This document shows, in pieces, positions 34,826 to 48,253 of a stretch of 64,000 nucleotides of DNA (positions are counted from its first letter, which is position 1; every line of letters starts with the position of its first letter). The translations under genes and the position numbers were made by a program. This DNA comes from Azolla caroliniana (Eukaryota > Plantae > Polypodiophyta). The stretch is taken from NCBI GenBank assembly GCA_043228905.1, contig JBHGNT010000003.1, positions 10,726,001-10,790,000 of the forward strand, read 5' to 3'. The notes below the pieces were generated by a model. It was not told the DNA's origin, searched no databases, and saw nothing but the letters and a program-made list of their open reading frames with translations.

Positions 34826-37800
34826 TTGAAAACGGCGTTGGACAAAGGATGGATGGCGTGGGCAACCCAAGCAGCGGAATTGCACGCGTATCGTGCGGAC
34901 TGGGAGAACCGGCGAAAAGACGGTCGAGGTTTCTATAAACTAAATGAGGAGAGCATTGCGGCCGTATGAGAGGACCTAGCGCAAGACTATCGGGCGCTAG
35001 CGGACCAACACTCTGAAGAACTCGCGCATCTCTTAGATGATTTTGGTGAAAGCCAGGAGGAGCTATTTCACCAGATCACACAAGCTGGCAACACGCGCAC
35101 AAACGAGGAATCCAGTGCGACGCCAATTCCGGGCACGGCCGAAGAAGAGGAACCTCAGGCCCGATCACCAGAAATGACAACGACGGAGAACAGCGGGGAC
35201 CGACGAGCGGAGTTCCCCACAGGACCAGACAGCGAAACCACTGCACAAAAAGAGGTTCATCCGCACGAGCCCACGCTATCATCAGACCACATGGAGAACG
35301 GTGCGGGCCAGGCGAAATCTCCGCCCCACTCTCCGGAACGTACAAAAACGGCCGACACCACGAAGGATGTAACAATGGAGGCAGAGTCGCAACCGACTGC
35401 AAGCACGACAACGGCGGAGCCCATCCCACTAGCTCAAGAAGAGCCCACCGTACCTGGACCACCCACACACGGCGACTGCGACTCCAGGAGAAACCAGCCC
35501 GACCAGACAGGGGAGCCACACCAAGATGCACCTACGGGCCCTACGTCACCTCCGGACGCGGACACCACAGCAGAGCCAAACATCCGGGCCATTTTGGAAG
35601 AGGATTAACGGGATGGGTCCGACGTGCTACGGCATTGTCCCACAGGCGTGCCAGGTGTTGTCCGCCAGAATAGTAACCGACGGACAAAAGCGTAGGAATA
35701 AGAAATAATATAAGATCATAACGCATGTAACGGTTCACACAGGAAGCGTGAACGGCTAAATAGACCCTGCGTATATAAAGGGCAAAAATCCTCTGATAGA
35801 GGGAGCGTGTAATTTTGGGAATGTAAATAAGCCCGATAGTGGTCGTTCCAAAGAAAAACGGCAAAATACAGGTATGCATAGATTACCGAAAATTAAACGT
35901 CGTCACCATTACACACGCATTTCCCTTACCCTTCACCGATAGCGTACTGGACGTCATCGCAGGCCATGAGATGTACAGTTTTTTAGATGCCTTCAGTGGC
36001 TATAACCAGGTACGCATGCATCCCGAGAACCAAGAAAAGACGGCATTTGTCACAGACTGGGGAGTATATGTGGTCGTCGTCATGATGTTCGGGCTAAAGA
36101 CGGCGTCGGCAAAATTTCAACGGACAATTACGGAGATCTTTGGGGAATACATTCCGGCGTTCATGCAAGTTTTTTTAGACGACTTTGCGGTATATGGGAG
36201 AACAATAGACCATTTTTCGCACTTACAACTGTGCCTGGAACGTTGCCGCACCGCACGCTTAAGCCTGAATCCCGCAAAATGTGCTTTTGGCGTGACCAGC
36301 GGGACTCTCTTGGGCCATATAGTCAACAAGGAGGGAATAGCGGTTGACCCGAACAAAATCTCCGCGATTACGCAAGCCAACACTCTGACAAACGCATAAT
36401 CACTCAGCCGGTTTTTGGGACAAATACGGTGGCATAGTCGGATGATACGGTATTTGGCGGACTTCGCCACGCCGTTACACGTTGTCGTACATTGGACTCC
36501 TTTCCAATGGACTGCAACGGAGGATAAGGCCTACGAGGCACTTAAGATAATGCTCACATAGGCTCCCGTCATACAACCACCAGTTTCGGCGAAGCCATTC
36601 CACGTGTTCATCGACGCCTCGGACATAGCAATAGGAAGTGCACTAATGCAGCTCACCGAACCAAGCTGGTACCGGCCAGTATACTACGCTAGTCGCAAAT
36701 TATCAACAGCAGAGCGTAACTACTCCACAACGGAGCGGGAGGCGTTAGGGATAATCTATAGCATCAATAAATTCCGGCACTATTAATTAGGAAGGAAATT
36801 CACATTCCACGTGGATCATTCGGCACTTCTGTATTTGGTGGAGAAACAAGCCCTAACAGAGAAATTGGCGCGGTGGATGTTGTTGCTCCAGGAATTTGAT
36901 TTCGTAATCCAGCACTGACCAGGGACGCAACACACAGTGGCGGATTTTTTGAGCAAACTCGAGAATGGAAAAACATTACAGAAAGATGACGACGATTTTT
37001 CGGACGCCGACATCCTACGGGTAGCGACACTAGCAGAAAGAACGGAATAGACCTTTCCATACCAGTGGCTTATGGAAATGACGTACTTTTTAACTACGGG
37101 ACTGCCTCCACCACAATTACGCATGGACGAGAAGAAACGACTAGCTGTTCGAAGCCGTCACTTCTGCCTCGTCGAAGGCATTTTATATCACAAAGGAAGT
37201 GACGGCATTTGGTGACATGGGGTACATCAGGATGAGAAGGAAGCAGTTTTACGGGAGGCACACTACGGCACGGCAGGCGGCCATTACACGGGCGACGTTA
37301 CAGCCCGGAAAGTATGGCAGGTGGGCTTATGGTGGCCAACAACGCAGAAGGACGCATCCGAGTATTTTAGAAAGTGTGATTTGTGTCAACGGATGGGACA
37401 GCCCGCGGAGGGCGCAAGGATGCCACACCAACCCGTATTACCACTAGACCCCTTCCAAAAGTGGGGATTGGATTTTGTGGGGCCCTTCACACCAACGGTG
37501 GCCCGTACGGGCAATAAATACATATTGGTAGCCACGGATTACTACACCAAATGGGTAGAAGCAAAGGCACTACGTGAAAATACGGCGGCCATCACAGCCA
37601 GATTCCTTTACGAGCACATCTGGTGTTGGTTCGGCTGTCCGATTGAGCTCATCAGTGACCAGGGGAGTCACTTTCTCAATACGGTGGTTCGGGAACTAAC
37701 ACATCATTACGCCGTAGTCCATAAGAAGAGCACGCCATATTATCCGCAAGCGAATGGATTAGCAGAATCCACCAACAAGACGTTACAGACCATTTTGAAG

Positions 37801-40800
37801 AAAATCGCCAATGAAAATAGAACGGACTGGGATACCAAACTACAGAGTGCGTTATGGGCATACAGAACTAGCTACAAAACAAACATACAGTCAACACCGT
37901 TTCGACTAGCGTTTGGGCTGGAGGCTGTGATGCCGGTGGGAATTTCAGGTACCTAGTTTGCGAATTCAAGTACAGAACCGACTATCAGAAGCCAAGTCGG
38001 AGGAGGTACGGCTCTACCAACTCCTCGAACTAGGGGAAAAACGCGTCCACAGCATGGCTGTGTTGGAGTAGGAACAGCGACGGCATAAAGCGTTTGTGGA
38101 TCGACATCGGAATGCAAGGGAAAAGGAGTTCGCCGTGGGTCGAGCAGTGCTGGTTTTCCAAACTCGCATGGGCCATATGCCGAGGAAGTTACGATTCCGT
38201 TGGACCGACCCATACTAGATAATTGGAGCGGAACAAGGCACGTTCCAACTAGGTACGCTGGCCGGGGAAGTAGTCCGGCAAAAGGTGAATGGGTTTCGGC
38301 TTAAACCTTACCTGGGCCCCACGCCACCGAACCCATTCACCACCGACTAGGACAGAGCCGAAGAACCTGCACTGTAAATGAGCGGCCCCACTTGTACCAT
38401 AATGTAAAAATAGGTTGTAGATAACCGTTACGGAAAAAAAAAAAAAAGAAGAAGATAGCGATTATTAAAACGACTAAAGACATGCACAAACTCCTAGTCC
38501 AAGAACACGCGGCACCACGATGGCTCACCGCCCAATGAACCCTAAGCCACAAAAAGAAGGAAACAGAAGATTTTATGCACAAAACAGAAACTCATCTTCT
38601 AGCTATCAACGCTTCCATCGCTCCTCCCCCTCACCTTCTCCTCCATCCTATCACACAGCTTCAGCCCACCACAACCACCAGTCTCCTTCCCACGAACCTT
38701 CTCTGGCGATGACGATATTCATCTCTACTCCCTTACATCGATGGCTCGTGGAGAAACGCTTGGATGGGTACATCCGGGTCGCACAAGCACCCCCACACCC
38801 GGATGCCATGGACATCGCCAGGAAGCTTAACATCGACATGGTCACCAACTCCTCCATCCGGAAGAAGTTGAACCTGTCATCGCTAGGCGAAAGGCATTTC
38901 GACATCCCTCCTGTAGAGGCGCTGCAGCGATATTTCGGGCCATATTCCTCCTCCGCCAAGGCCTATAGAACCAAGCAAATTCTGGATCCCTTCTTCCGTG
39001 AAGTGGCCAAGTTCCTGCTAGAAGTCGGCTGCGTACATGTCAACACATATGGGATGCCTAAGCAGAAGGCAGGCATCATTATTGATACCTTTGAGGGGCG
39101 CGCGGTAGATTGGGGGGTCATCACAGGGCTGGTGTTAAGGGAAGGCCTGCATGCGTACCAGGCAAGAGAAAAGCTCAGGCCGATCATACAACAGTACCTT
39201 ACGGTACTATTTCCACCCCGAGGCTTGCCGGCACCACAGCCCAGTCGGCCCACGCCCCCGCCTCGATCCACGAAGCGTAGGTTAGAAAAGTTATAGGCCC
39301 TAGAGTGGGAAGAGGAACCCCAAACCGCCTAGCCTGAGCCAAGGACAACACCACCTACCGACCAGCCAGACACACGGACAACGCAAGAGGAACAACCGGC
39401 ATGTTCCATGGAGGCAGCCCCAGAACCAGACACCGAAACACGGTAGGATAGCCCTAGACCGAAACGGCGTAGATTGGACAGGAAGGATGGGCGGAGGTTG
39501 GTCAAAAACGTTTCCACGGCGACAAAAACACCGACCGAAGGCGATGGCTCCACAGCTACGGAACCCAATACCACCTTCAAAATCATCTGGGAGCCACGGC
39601 CGATCATTACGACCCAGTCCCAATGAGGGAAAGCCATATTGACGGCGGAAAGCGAGGTTTTGGCATATCCGGATATCCCGGATACGGCCCATGAGTTCAG
39701 CGCCCTCTTACAGTTCGGCACTTCTTTTGAGCTCATGGAGTTCCTAGCAACACAACAGGTAAAAGCCGCCCAACGAATGGCCGAAGAGCATGCGGAACGC
39801 CAGATGATTGAGTGTGCCCTAACACAAACCACGGAGAGCGACGATGAGGACCGGTTAGCCAGGGTCAGCAAACAGAGAAACGTTGGGGGATGGAGATACC
39901 CCCATTAAACATGGCCCTAGTCGAAGTCCATCGGGAACTGGCAAAGGTCAGCACGGGCGCCAAGGAGATGGCCATAAAAAATAAGAATGTCTGGAAGAAG
40001 GTGAAACTGACCCAAGTCAAACTACAAAAAGCCAACGAACACATCGCGGAGTTGGAAGCTCACGCGGCTACGACGCAACACGCAACTCCGCCACCAAACC
40101 AAGCCATCGACACTTTAAAGGAAGAAATTGAGGCTCAGACCACCATCGCCTCAAAAGTGAAAAGGGTCGTGCAACTAGCGGAATCAGAAATTGGCCGCCT
40201 TCGAGCAGAACTACGCCAATCCTCAGACAGAGAAAAGGAGATACGGGCTAACGGTCGGAAGGTAGTAAAAACCCTGGAAGAGAAACTCGCTACGAAGGTA
40301 GGACAACATATCCGGACAAAAGACGACAACACCCAATTACGGGAGGACGCGAAGAAATCGGAGGCGGCGATCGCGGGACTCCGGGCCTTATTAGAAAAAA
40401 AGAAGGTATAGTTCGACGAGCAGTTGGTGGTCGAACAAGACAGAAGGCATCAGCTCGAAATCCACCTAAACAATGAAGTGGGGAAACTAGAAGAACAACA
40501 TGCAAAGGAATCCCAATTGTGGGCGGGCCTGAAGGCCACGTACGAGGAAGCGGCGACGGTTAAACAGCAAGAAATCGCAAATCTCCAGAAGTCGATGGAA
40601 GACACACGCAACTGTTGCCAGGCCATCACAGATAACATGCGTATCCTTCTCCAAACAAATCGAGAGAGGTTCACACCGCAATTGAAAACGGCGTTGGACA
40701 AAGGATGGATGGCGTGGGCAACCCAAGCAGCGGAATTGCACGCGTATCGTGCGGACTGGGAGAACCGGCGAAAAGACGGTCGAGGTTTCTATAAACTAAA

Positions 40801-41870
40801 TGAGGAGAGCATTGCGGCCGTATGAGAGGACCTAGCGCAAGACTATCGGGCGCTAGCGGACCAACACTCTGAAGAACTCGCGCATCTCTTAGATGATTTT
40901 GGTGAAAGCCAGGAGGAGCTATTTCACCAGATCACACAAGCTGGCAACACGCGCACAAACGAGGAATCCAGTGCGACGCCAATTCCGGGCACGGCCGAAG
41001 AAGAGGAACCTCAGGCCCGATCACCAGAAATGACAACGACGGAGAACAGCGGGGACCGACGAGCGGAGTTCCCCACAGGACCAGATAGCGAAACCACTGC
41101 ACAAAAAGAGGTTCATCCGCACGAGCCCACGCTATCATCAGACCACATGGAGAACGGTGCGGGCCAGGCGGAATCTCCGCCCCACTCTCCGGAACGTACA
41201 AAAACGGCCGACACCACGGAGGATGTAACAATGGAGGCAGAGTCGCAACCGACTGCAAGCACGACAACGGCGGAGCCCATCCCACTAGCTCAAGAAGAGC
41301 CCACCGTACCTGGACCACCCACACACGGCGACTGCGACTCCAGGAGAAACCAGCCCGACCAGACAGGGGAGCCACACCAAGATGCACCTATGGGCCCTAC
41401 GTCACCTCCGGACGCGGACACCGCAGCAGAGCCAAACATCCGGGCCATTTTGGAAGAGGATTAACGGGATGGGTCCGACGTGCTACGGCATTGTCCCACA
41501 GGCGTGCCAGGTGTTGTCCGCCAGAATAGTAACCGACGGACAAAAGCGTAGGAATAAGAAATAATATAAGATCATAACGCATGTAACGGTTCACACAGGA
41601 AGCGTGAACGGCTAAATAGACCCTGCGTATATAAAGGGCAAACAACCTCTGATAGAGGGAGCGTGTAATTTTGGGAATGTAAAGAAACGTCTCATAATAG
41701 AATTCTATCTTCTCTGATTTCCTGTGTATAGCTACGGCTAATTCACTGTGTGTGTCTTGAATACCTAAGCGTTTAAGTACGTAAGTGTAACCCTTGATAG
41801 GGATTCGGTTGTAGCCGTCTCCCTTATACGCTGATAGGTTATAGGGAACCTTCCCCTACGCATTACGCTT
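34826..41870 (+). mobile_element. Ty3/gypsy non-chromovirus element: duplicated 3' segment, RT-RH-INT, long extra ORF, 3' LTR-like region
   Basis: RT (CIDYRKLN, FLDAFSGYNQ, FLDDF), RNase H (DASDIAIG, ERNYSTTERE), integrase (WGLDFVGP, SDQG, QANGLAE). 34826-35827 duplicates 40682-41683. Right boundary uncertain. Confidence 0.88.
38520..41464 (+). pseudogene. Extra ORF downstream of gypsy pol (globular N-terminus, long coiled coil, low-complexity tail)
   Basis: Collinear ORFs 38520-39296, 39639-39908, 39890-40411, 40424-40825 and 41030-41464, linked by stops and one frameshift near 39890. Confidence 0.7.
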
Positions 41871-43271
41871 AGAAACCTGTTCGTTGTTCCACATCCACTT
41901 GGAGGTCTAGGTCGAAGGATTGACCACGGACCGTGTTCCTAATCGGCAACACGAAACAAGATAGATAGTGTAAGAGGATCGTGTGTAGACACGGGCGCAG
42001 ACAGAGATGTTAAGAACAACTTGCGTTTGGTAGATAAGTTTCTATTAATCAATATATGTGCGTAGCGCTGTGGGTGATTACAACCGGATCAATGCCGGTG
42101 GTCGAGCGTAAGCTCTACAATAGTCAGATACAAAGTGGAGTCGGGAGCACTCGGGCGTCTAACGCGAGCAAGGGAAGCACCTTCCGGTGATCTGTCGTAG
42201 GACTCCTCGTCTGGTCTCCTCTTTGTTCCTTTTCTCCCCTCTTGATTACTTCCCCAAAAAGGACATCCCCCCAAACAATCAAAGGTCGCCCCTTTTATAG
42301 CACAAGGAGCGACCATTACAAGGTATTCATGACTTGTCGCTTTCCCTTCCTATATTCTCCCCCCTGATTTGCTCTCCTCGTAACTCTCCCTACTTACGCG
42401 ATGTCTGAATCCCTATAAATGCCTTAACTACCTAGTACACCTCCTTCTACCTATGCCTAATACTTACACTATTTAATTCGCTAGGAGTGTGCACTCGTGC
42501 ACACCGGTGCTCCCACGCGTTTCACCTTGTTTCTGCCTATGGCCTGGAATCTTCACGACAACGTATTCTCTATCCGAAAATCTCCACGGGGGTCTTCTCT
42601 CTCATAGAGGGTATCTTCTGCCTCCATTTTACGCAGTCGGCTCCTATTCGAATTCTTCAGTCGGCTCTTTGTTCAACCCTGATTCGGATCCTTATTCAAC
42701 CGACTGTCTTCTTTCGAGAGGTTCCCCTTGTTCCTTATTCAACTCTCCACTTTGTCAATTATCTACTCGACCGACTGATTCGTATCCGACTTTGGTCAGA
42801 TTGATTTCTATCCGATTCGGCTGATCAACGGTAGCCGGAGGCCTATTCTCGTTCGACTAAGAGGTCGGCCCTATCTTCTCCATCTCCCAGTCGGCAATCA
42901 TCTTTTCTTCCATGAAGACGATATCTCGTCTCCTAATCACCTTCTTGTCGATTAGGTTCCACATGCGATACCTAAATTCCTCTTCACCATAGCCGAGAAA
43001 TAGACACGGTCGGCTCTTGGGCGGTGCAAATGTCTGTTGGTTGCCTTGCTAAGTCCCAAACAGCGTGCCATGTAGGGAGGGGGAAGGGTGCACGAGATGG
43101 CTGTTCAACACAGTCCCATACTCGTTTACAATAGGGGGGGGGGGGGGACGATTGATGAAAGAGGCCGCGATCAACCACGGCATGTTGTTGAGTATTGTGG
43201 GGCGGATCATGCTTTTGTGATGTCCAATTATCGTAGGGCGTACCATGTGTACGGTGAAGAAGGGGCGGCGG

Positions 43272-44379
43272 TGTCGTGAAGTACGAAAGCTTCACATTAA
43301 AAGTCTAGAATAAGATAAATACGTAACTAAAATAACATTTGATCATGTTTTATGTATAAAGATAATATTAACAACACATATGATAATATTATATATATGT
43401 AAAGAAAAATAATATATATAAATATATATATAGATAGATAGATAAATATATTATATTACAAGAACAAGAAAGGACTTGAACCAATAACCCCACCCTATGA
43501 CTCTCAAATCTTACCATTTATTCTATACTAGTAATATACATAAAATAAAGCATCTTTATATATACTTTATATTACATAAAGGATTTGCTTCATGATATAA
43601 AAATAATGTTGTATTCAATAGTATTTTGAGACTTGAACCCACAACCTCATACACCAAAGTCAACACACCTACCATTAGGCTAGGCCCTTTCTCTTTAAGA
43701 TTATGTTTTCATGTTTATTGTTATTGCATATATTGTTTCATACATAAAAGCTCAAATGAGCGAGATGTTTATCATGCATCACATGCATTTCATGCACTAC
43801 ATGCATGACGTGTACCCTCCAATGCATCATATGCATGGGGGCACCTATTTAAATGGTGAAAGAGAAGATCAAAGGGGGATATGTATGAGATATCAATCAA
43901 ATTATGTATTTCATAAGAGATATCATAAAAATAGAGAAAGAAGGGAAGAAGTTTAACATAAACGTGGAGCTCTAGCTTGGCGGTCGTGGTGGTCAACTCT
44001 CAACAAGAGGGAGGCGGTTCGAGCCTTATCTTCATCGAAATATTGAAGTGAAGATTGTAATGGTCTACGATCAAGAAAGAGAAGAGCGATTACCTTGCAA
44101 GACAAAGTTCGGAGGTTCAACGATGTGCACAATCATTTTGTAACTCTTTCATGAAAATGATTATAAATTTCATACACTTTCTCATGTATTATTTTATATC
44201 TTATCTTGTCTTATCTTATATTCCTTAAAAATCCTATTTTGTCATAACTTATTGATCTCTATTCACTCTATCTCTACTCTTTCGTCTCTTCCGTCCATAA
44301 TCCCAGTGATTCCTTCCTCACTTTCACGTTATCCTTTGTGTGCACAACGCTACGCTTCTAGGTGAGCCACGCCACGACA
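43272..44379. mobile_element. Solo LTR inserted in the PLE
   Basis: Termini TGTCGTG...CACGACA. Flanking duplication GCGG at 43268-43271 and 44380-44383. AT-rich and non-coding. Confidence 0.75.
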
Positions 44380-46044
44380 GCGGCAGGAAGTTTTGTTGGC
44401 GGCTTTGATTCGTAATACAGTGTCAAAATTGTTGCCTTGAAATGTTTGGCAGGTGCGGCTGACGATTGTATGGTGCATGGAGCTCGAGGACGGTGTTAGG
44501 ATCCGGAGGACTTGTATGAGCGGGGAGATGACCGAGGCCTATCGTTGCGAATGCTTGTAGTGAGCGGTAATGGTGCGGTTCATTATTGGCAAAGAACTTG
44601 AGGCCCGCCAAGGTTGGGATAAGGTTTAAATGTCTGTTTAACCTCATTAGTTGTAGTGTTGCAGGTGAAAAGGAGGTTAGATGATCGGTGACAAGGACGT
44701 TGCGCTTGTTTGGAGTTATTATTGGAGCGGTGGTTTGGGTTAGGGTGAGAGTTAGGAAAAGGTTTAGTGCTATTTTTGGAATTAAAGTTAGTGTTTGGGT
44801 TAAACTTAGGTTCTGGGTTAGGGTTTAGGGTAAAGTTTAGATTCCTTTTGGGGTTGGGTGTGGGTGTGTGATTAGAATGTTTATTTAGGTTAATAGTATG
44901 GGGGATAGAATTTTTAGTGTTATTTATCTCGGCTTCTATGGGAGCAATGTACGAGGGACTGTCATAAAACATTTCATTATCATTTTCTTCTTCCCCTTCA
45001 TACATTGTAATGTCTATATCTCTAATATTAGGGTTTTCATATCTATTTTGTTCTCTTGTTTTATCTCTAAGTTCGGTGGCTGTTCTCTTAAGTGTATCAT
45101 CAATGTTGTGATTTAGTGCGATATCGTCACACATTTTTAGGATTTTAGAGCCGAAATCTTGTAGTAACGTATTAATCGTTCCTTGAAAATTAGCAGGCTC
45201 AACATATGATGACACATCCTCAAAATGTTGGGGTTCTTGAAGGATGTTCGCAAAGTTATGTGGATTTGATCTAACGATATTAGGGAAATTATCTAGGGTT
45301 TTAGTATAGGAGTGCACTAGTAAGTCTAGATGTTTAATATAAGTACTTGTTAGATCTTTATTATATTGATCAGTGAGGGTTAGAAAGTCCTTATGCATGT
45401 TATTGTTAATTTCTTCATGATCTATCTTTAGCTTGGGGGGATGAATTCTAAGACTATTAGGGGTTAATTCATGAGAGTATAAGCTCAACATCCTACTACG
45501 GGTATTTTTGGCTTGTTTTTTTCTTTTGAAGAGTTGTTTAAATTCTGTGAATACTCTAGTTTTATATTCTTGTAAGTATTTCGAGCAAAATGATGTATTA
45601 GAAGATGATACCTTAGTATTGGAAACCTTAATATCATGAGTGGAGTTGATGAGTGAGGGAGAGAGAATATAATCTCGAGCGTGCTTTTGTGGTCTTTTAT
45701 TCGCACTATTACGCTTGATAGGGGTCAGTGTAGCCGATGCCATCGTTGCAAACGTCATTACCGTGGGCTGAGGGAACTCTTCACTAGATGGTTGCCCGAA
45801 CATTGTCGATGCAGATCCATTGTGGGTTCCTATCTCCGGTGAATGAACCTCCATGTGATATGTTGAATCTTTAGTAGTTGTTGGCCGTATGGCCTAAGCA
45901 AGGAGTCTGAGCGTATAACCTTCGGTGGTTGAATAGTTAGGTTAAATAGTATGGTACCTAAAGAATAGTATAAAAGAGAATAGTAGGGGAGGAGAAAAGA
46001 GAGAAAGAGAGAGAGAATTCAAATTTCAATTTATGTAAGAAAAT

Positions 46045-46096
46045 GTCTTTTGGCAAACACGTTTTGCTCTATATGAGCTCATCAGTGTTAAAGACC
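46045..46096 (-). ncRNA. Degenerate minimal type I hammerhead ribozyme of the PLE
   Basis: Minus strand GTCTTTAACA-CTGATGA-GCTC-ATATA-GAGC-AAAA-CGTG-TT-TGCCAAAAAGAC: CUGAUGA core and stem II intact, GAAA read as AAAA. Located 3' of the PLE RT. Confidence 0.72.
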
Positions 46097-47802
46097 ATAT
46101 ACAAAAATGTGAGAGGCTTATATAAGGGATGATGAAAGAAGAGAGAAGGGGAGTGGTGGGGATGGATGAGAGGGGTTTTGAATGTGTATAAAGGAGGATG
46201 TGGGAGTTAGGGAGGTAGTGAATGTAGAGAGGGATAGCTTAATGAGTTTGATGGGAAGGGATGATTTGGGGATCTATTATATTTAGTTCTAATAGAATGA
46301 TAGCAATAGTAAGTGTGATGTTTTAATGGGATTTGGGGATCTAATATATTTAGTTTTGACTAGATAAGAATAGAGTGATTTGGACTTGGTCCAGCATATG
46401 AAAGGCTTAGGAATGTCTTTTAGTTGGGGATCTAAGCTAAGGTCGGCGTGTAAGTCTTGTAAAAACGAGTGGATGCCTAATTTAGGGGAGTTTTTAGAGT
46501 ACCTAAGCTTGAATATGGTAGGTGTAAGGGAAGATTTGTTTTTATGCTTATGGATGAGAGTATTCCTAAGGGAGAAAGGATGTTTTTTAAAGGCTTTAAG
46601 GATGAAATGGGGTGGGTAACCTCGGCTAATGAGTCTAAGGAAGAAACGTTTTTTCATTTCTAGGTACCCTATAGGTGTGCTTTCTCTAACTAGGTAGCGT
46701 TTTAATTCGTTCGAAATAAAATTTTGTTTAACATGTATGGGATGGTCTGAAGAGAAGGGAAGATATTGATAGGAATTTAATGGTTTTTGGAAACGATTGA
46801 AGGAGAACTTAGAGTTCTCTAGATTGATCCAAATATCCAAGAAAGGGAGCCTAATGGGGGACGTATGGATCGTATGTTTAATAGAGTTATTGGTCATAAG
46901 GCTATAAAAACTAAGGTAGTCTAAGAGTTGGGGTTTCGTACTTGTCCAAACCCCGAATGCATCATCTATTTACCTAGTAAAATAGAAGAGATGGGGTGTG
47001 GTTTGTGAGTTTTCTAAGTGTGATAAGAAAACGCATGCATAGACAACTGAGAAGTTGCTACCCATGGTTGTTCCTTTGATTTGTTGGTATACTTGATTAT
47101 CGAAGGTTAGGTAGTGATTCTCTAGGGTTAGAGTGCTAAGGGTATAGATAAGATTAGTCTTGGCTAAGGAAAATTGGGGGGAGATGATATGGCGAAGTGC
47201 ATCGAGTCCTAACTTAGGGGGAATGCTAGGATAAAGGGATTCTACATCAAAAGAGAAGATGAAACTGTTAGGAGGGGGGGTTAGTTGTTCTAGTTTCTGG
47301 ATGAGGGAGTGTGAGTCTTTTAGGTATTGTTTTTGGAGTACTAGGATGGGTAAAAGTTGAAAATGTAGCCATTTTGAGGTTTGCTCGAATATTGAGTTAT
47401 TATAAGAACAGATGGGTCTAAAGCTAATGGGTGTTTTATGGAGTTTAGGGAGAAAGTAAATATTAGATACTGGATATCCCTTTAGGGGTTTATGGAGTAT
47501 GTAATTAGCTTCGATAAAGGAAAGTGTTCCTAGATTTTTTTGCACTATACTATTTAGGCGATATAAGACTTCTTCTAATGGAAAATGGGTTACTTTTCTA
47601 TAGGTGGTGGTATCCGAGAGGTGGTTTATAGCTTTTTCATAATAGGTATCTTTGTCTAGAACACATACTCCCATGTTCTTATCAGCCAAAAGAACGATAA
47701 TTTGGTTCTTTTTCCTAAGGCTCTTAAGGGTTGTGCGAAGGTGAAATGGTGTCCTAACGGGTTTGGGTTTAGGTTGTTGGAGTTTAGACAAAAGGAGGGT
47801 TT

Positions 47803-48253
47803 TGTCAGGAATAGTACTAAAACAGAGAGAGAATTAGTACTAGAGAAGGGTAGTACTCTTAGTGCTAAGGGGACGGGACCGCGTAAGACTCCCGAGAGAG
47901 GAAGAGAGAAGAGGAGAGAGAGAGAGAGAGAGATAGTGAGGACGAGAGAGAGAGAGAGATGATGATAACAGATTATATATTAGAGGAAAAGTAAGTACAA
48001 AGGGCTATGAGACTAAAGACTGGCGTTGAACCGATTTGGTTTGAAATAATGCCTTGTGCCTCCTTTTATAGTGTTGTCAGGAGTACTCCTGAAGTTTCTA
48101 GAATGTTCCAAAGAACTCTAGAATATACATCAATTTCCTATAATAAAACTTAAATGAAAATAATATCTTTCATATTACAATACATAGTCTAATGGTAAGA
48201 GCTCAACCCATGTACCATAAGGTCATGGGTTTGAGTCTTGCCATATTATGACA
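47803..48253 (-). mobile_element. Solo LTR of the gypsy family seen at 10651-11069, inserted in the PLE RT
   Basis: TGTCA...TGACA termini. TSD GGTTT at 47798-47802 and 48254-48258. Confidence 0.92.

Noticed and set aside
7646-42824. Numerous short antisense or alternate-frame ORFs in the ORF track
   Set aside because: Shadows of GC-rich retrotransposon coding sequence, with no independent motifs.
41870-43020. Possible further LTR on the minus strand
   Set aside because: LTR-like composition and a TATA-like motif, but no termini or TSD could be fixed by eye.
44730-44870. Telomeric-like GGGTTA/GGGTTTA repeats
   Set aside because: Irregular and explained by Asn-Pro-rich codons of the minus-strand PLE ORF. 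Not an array.
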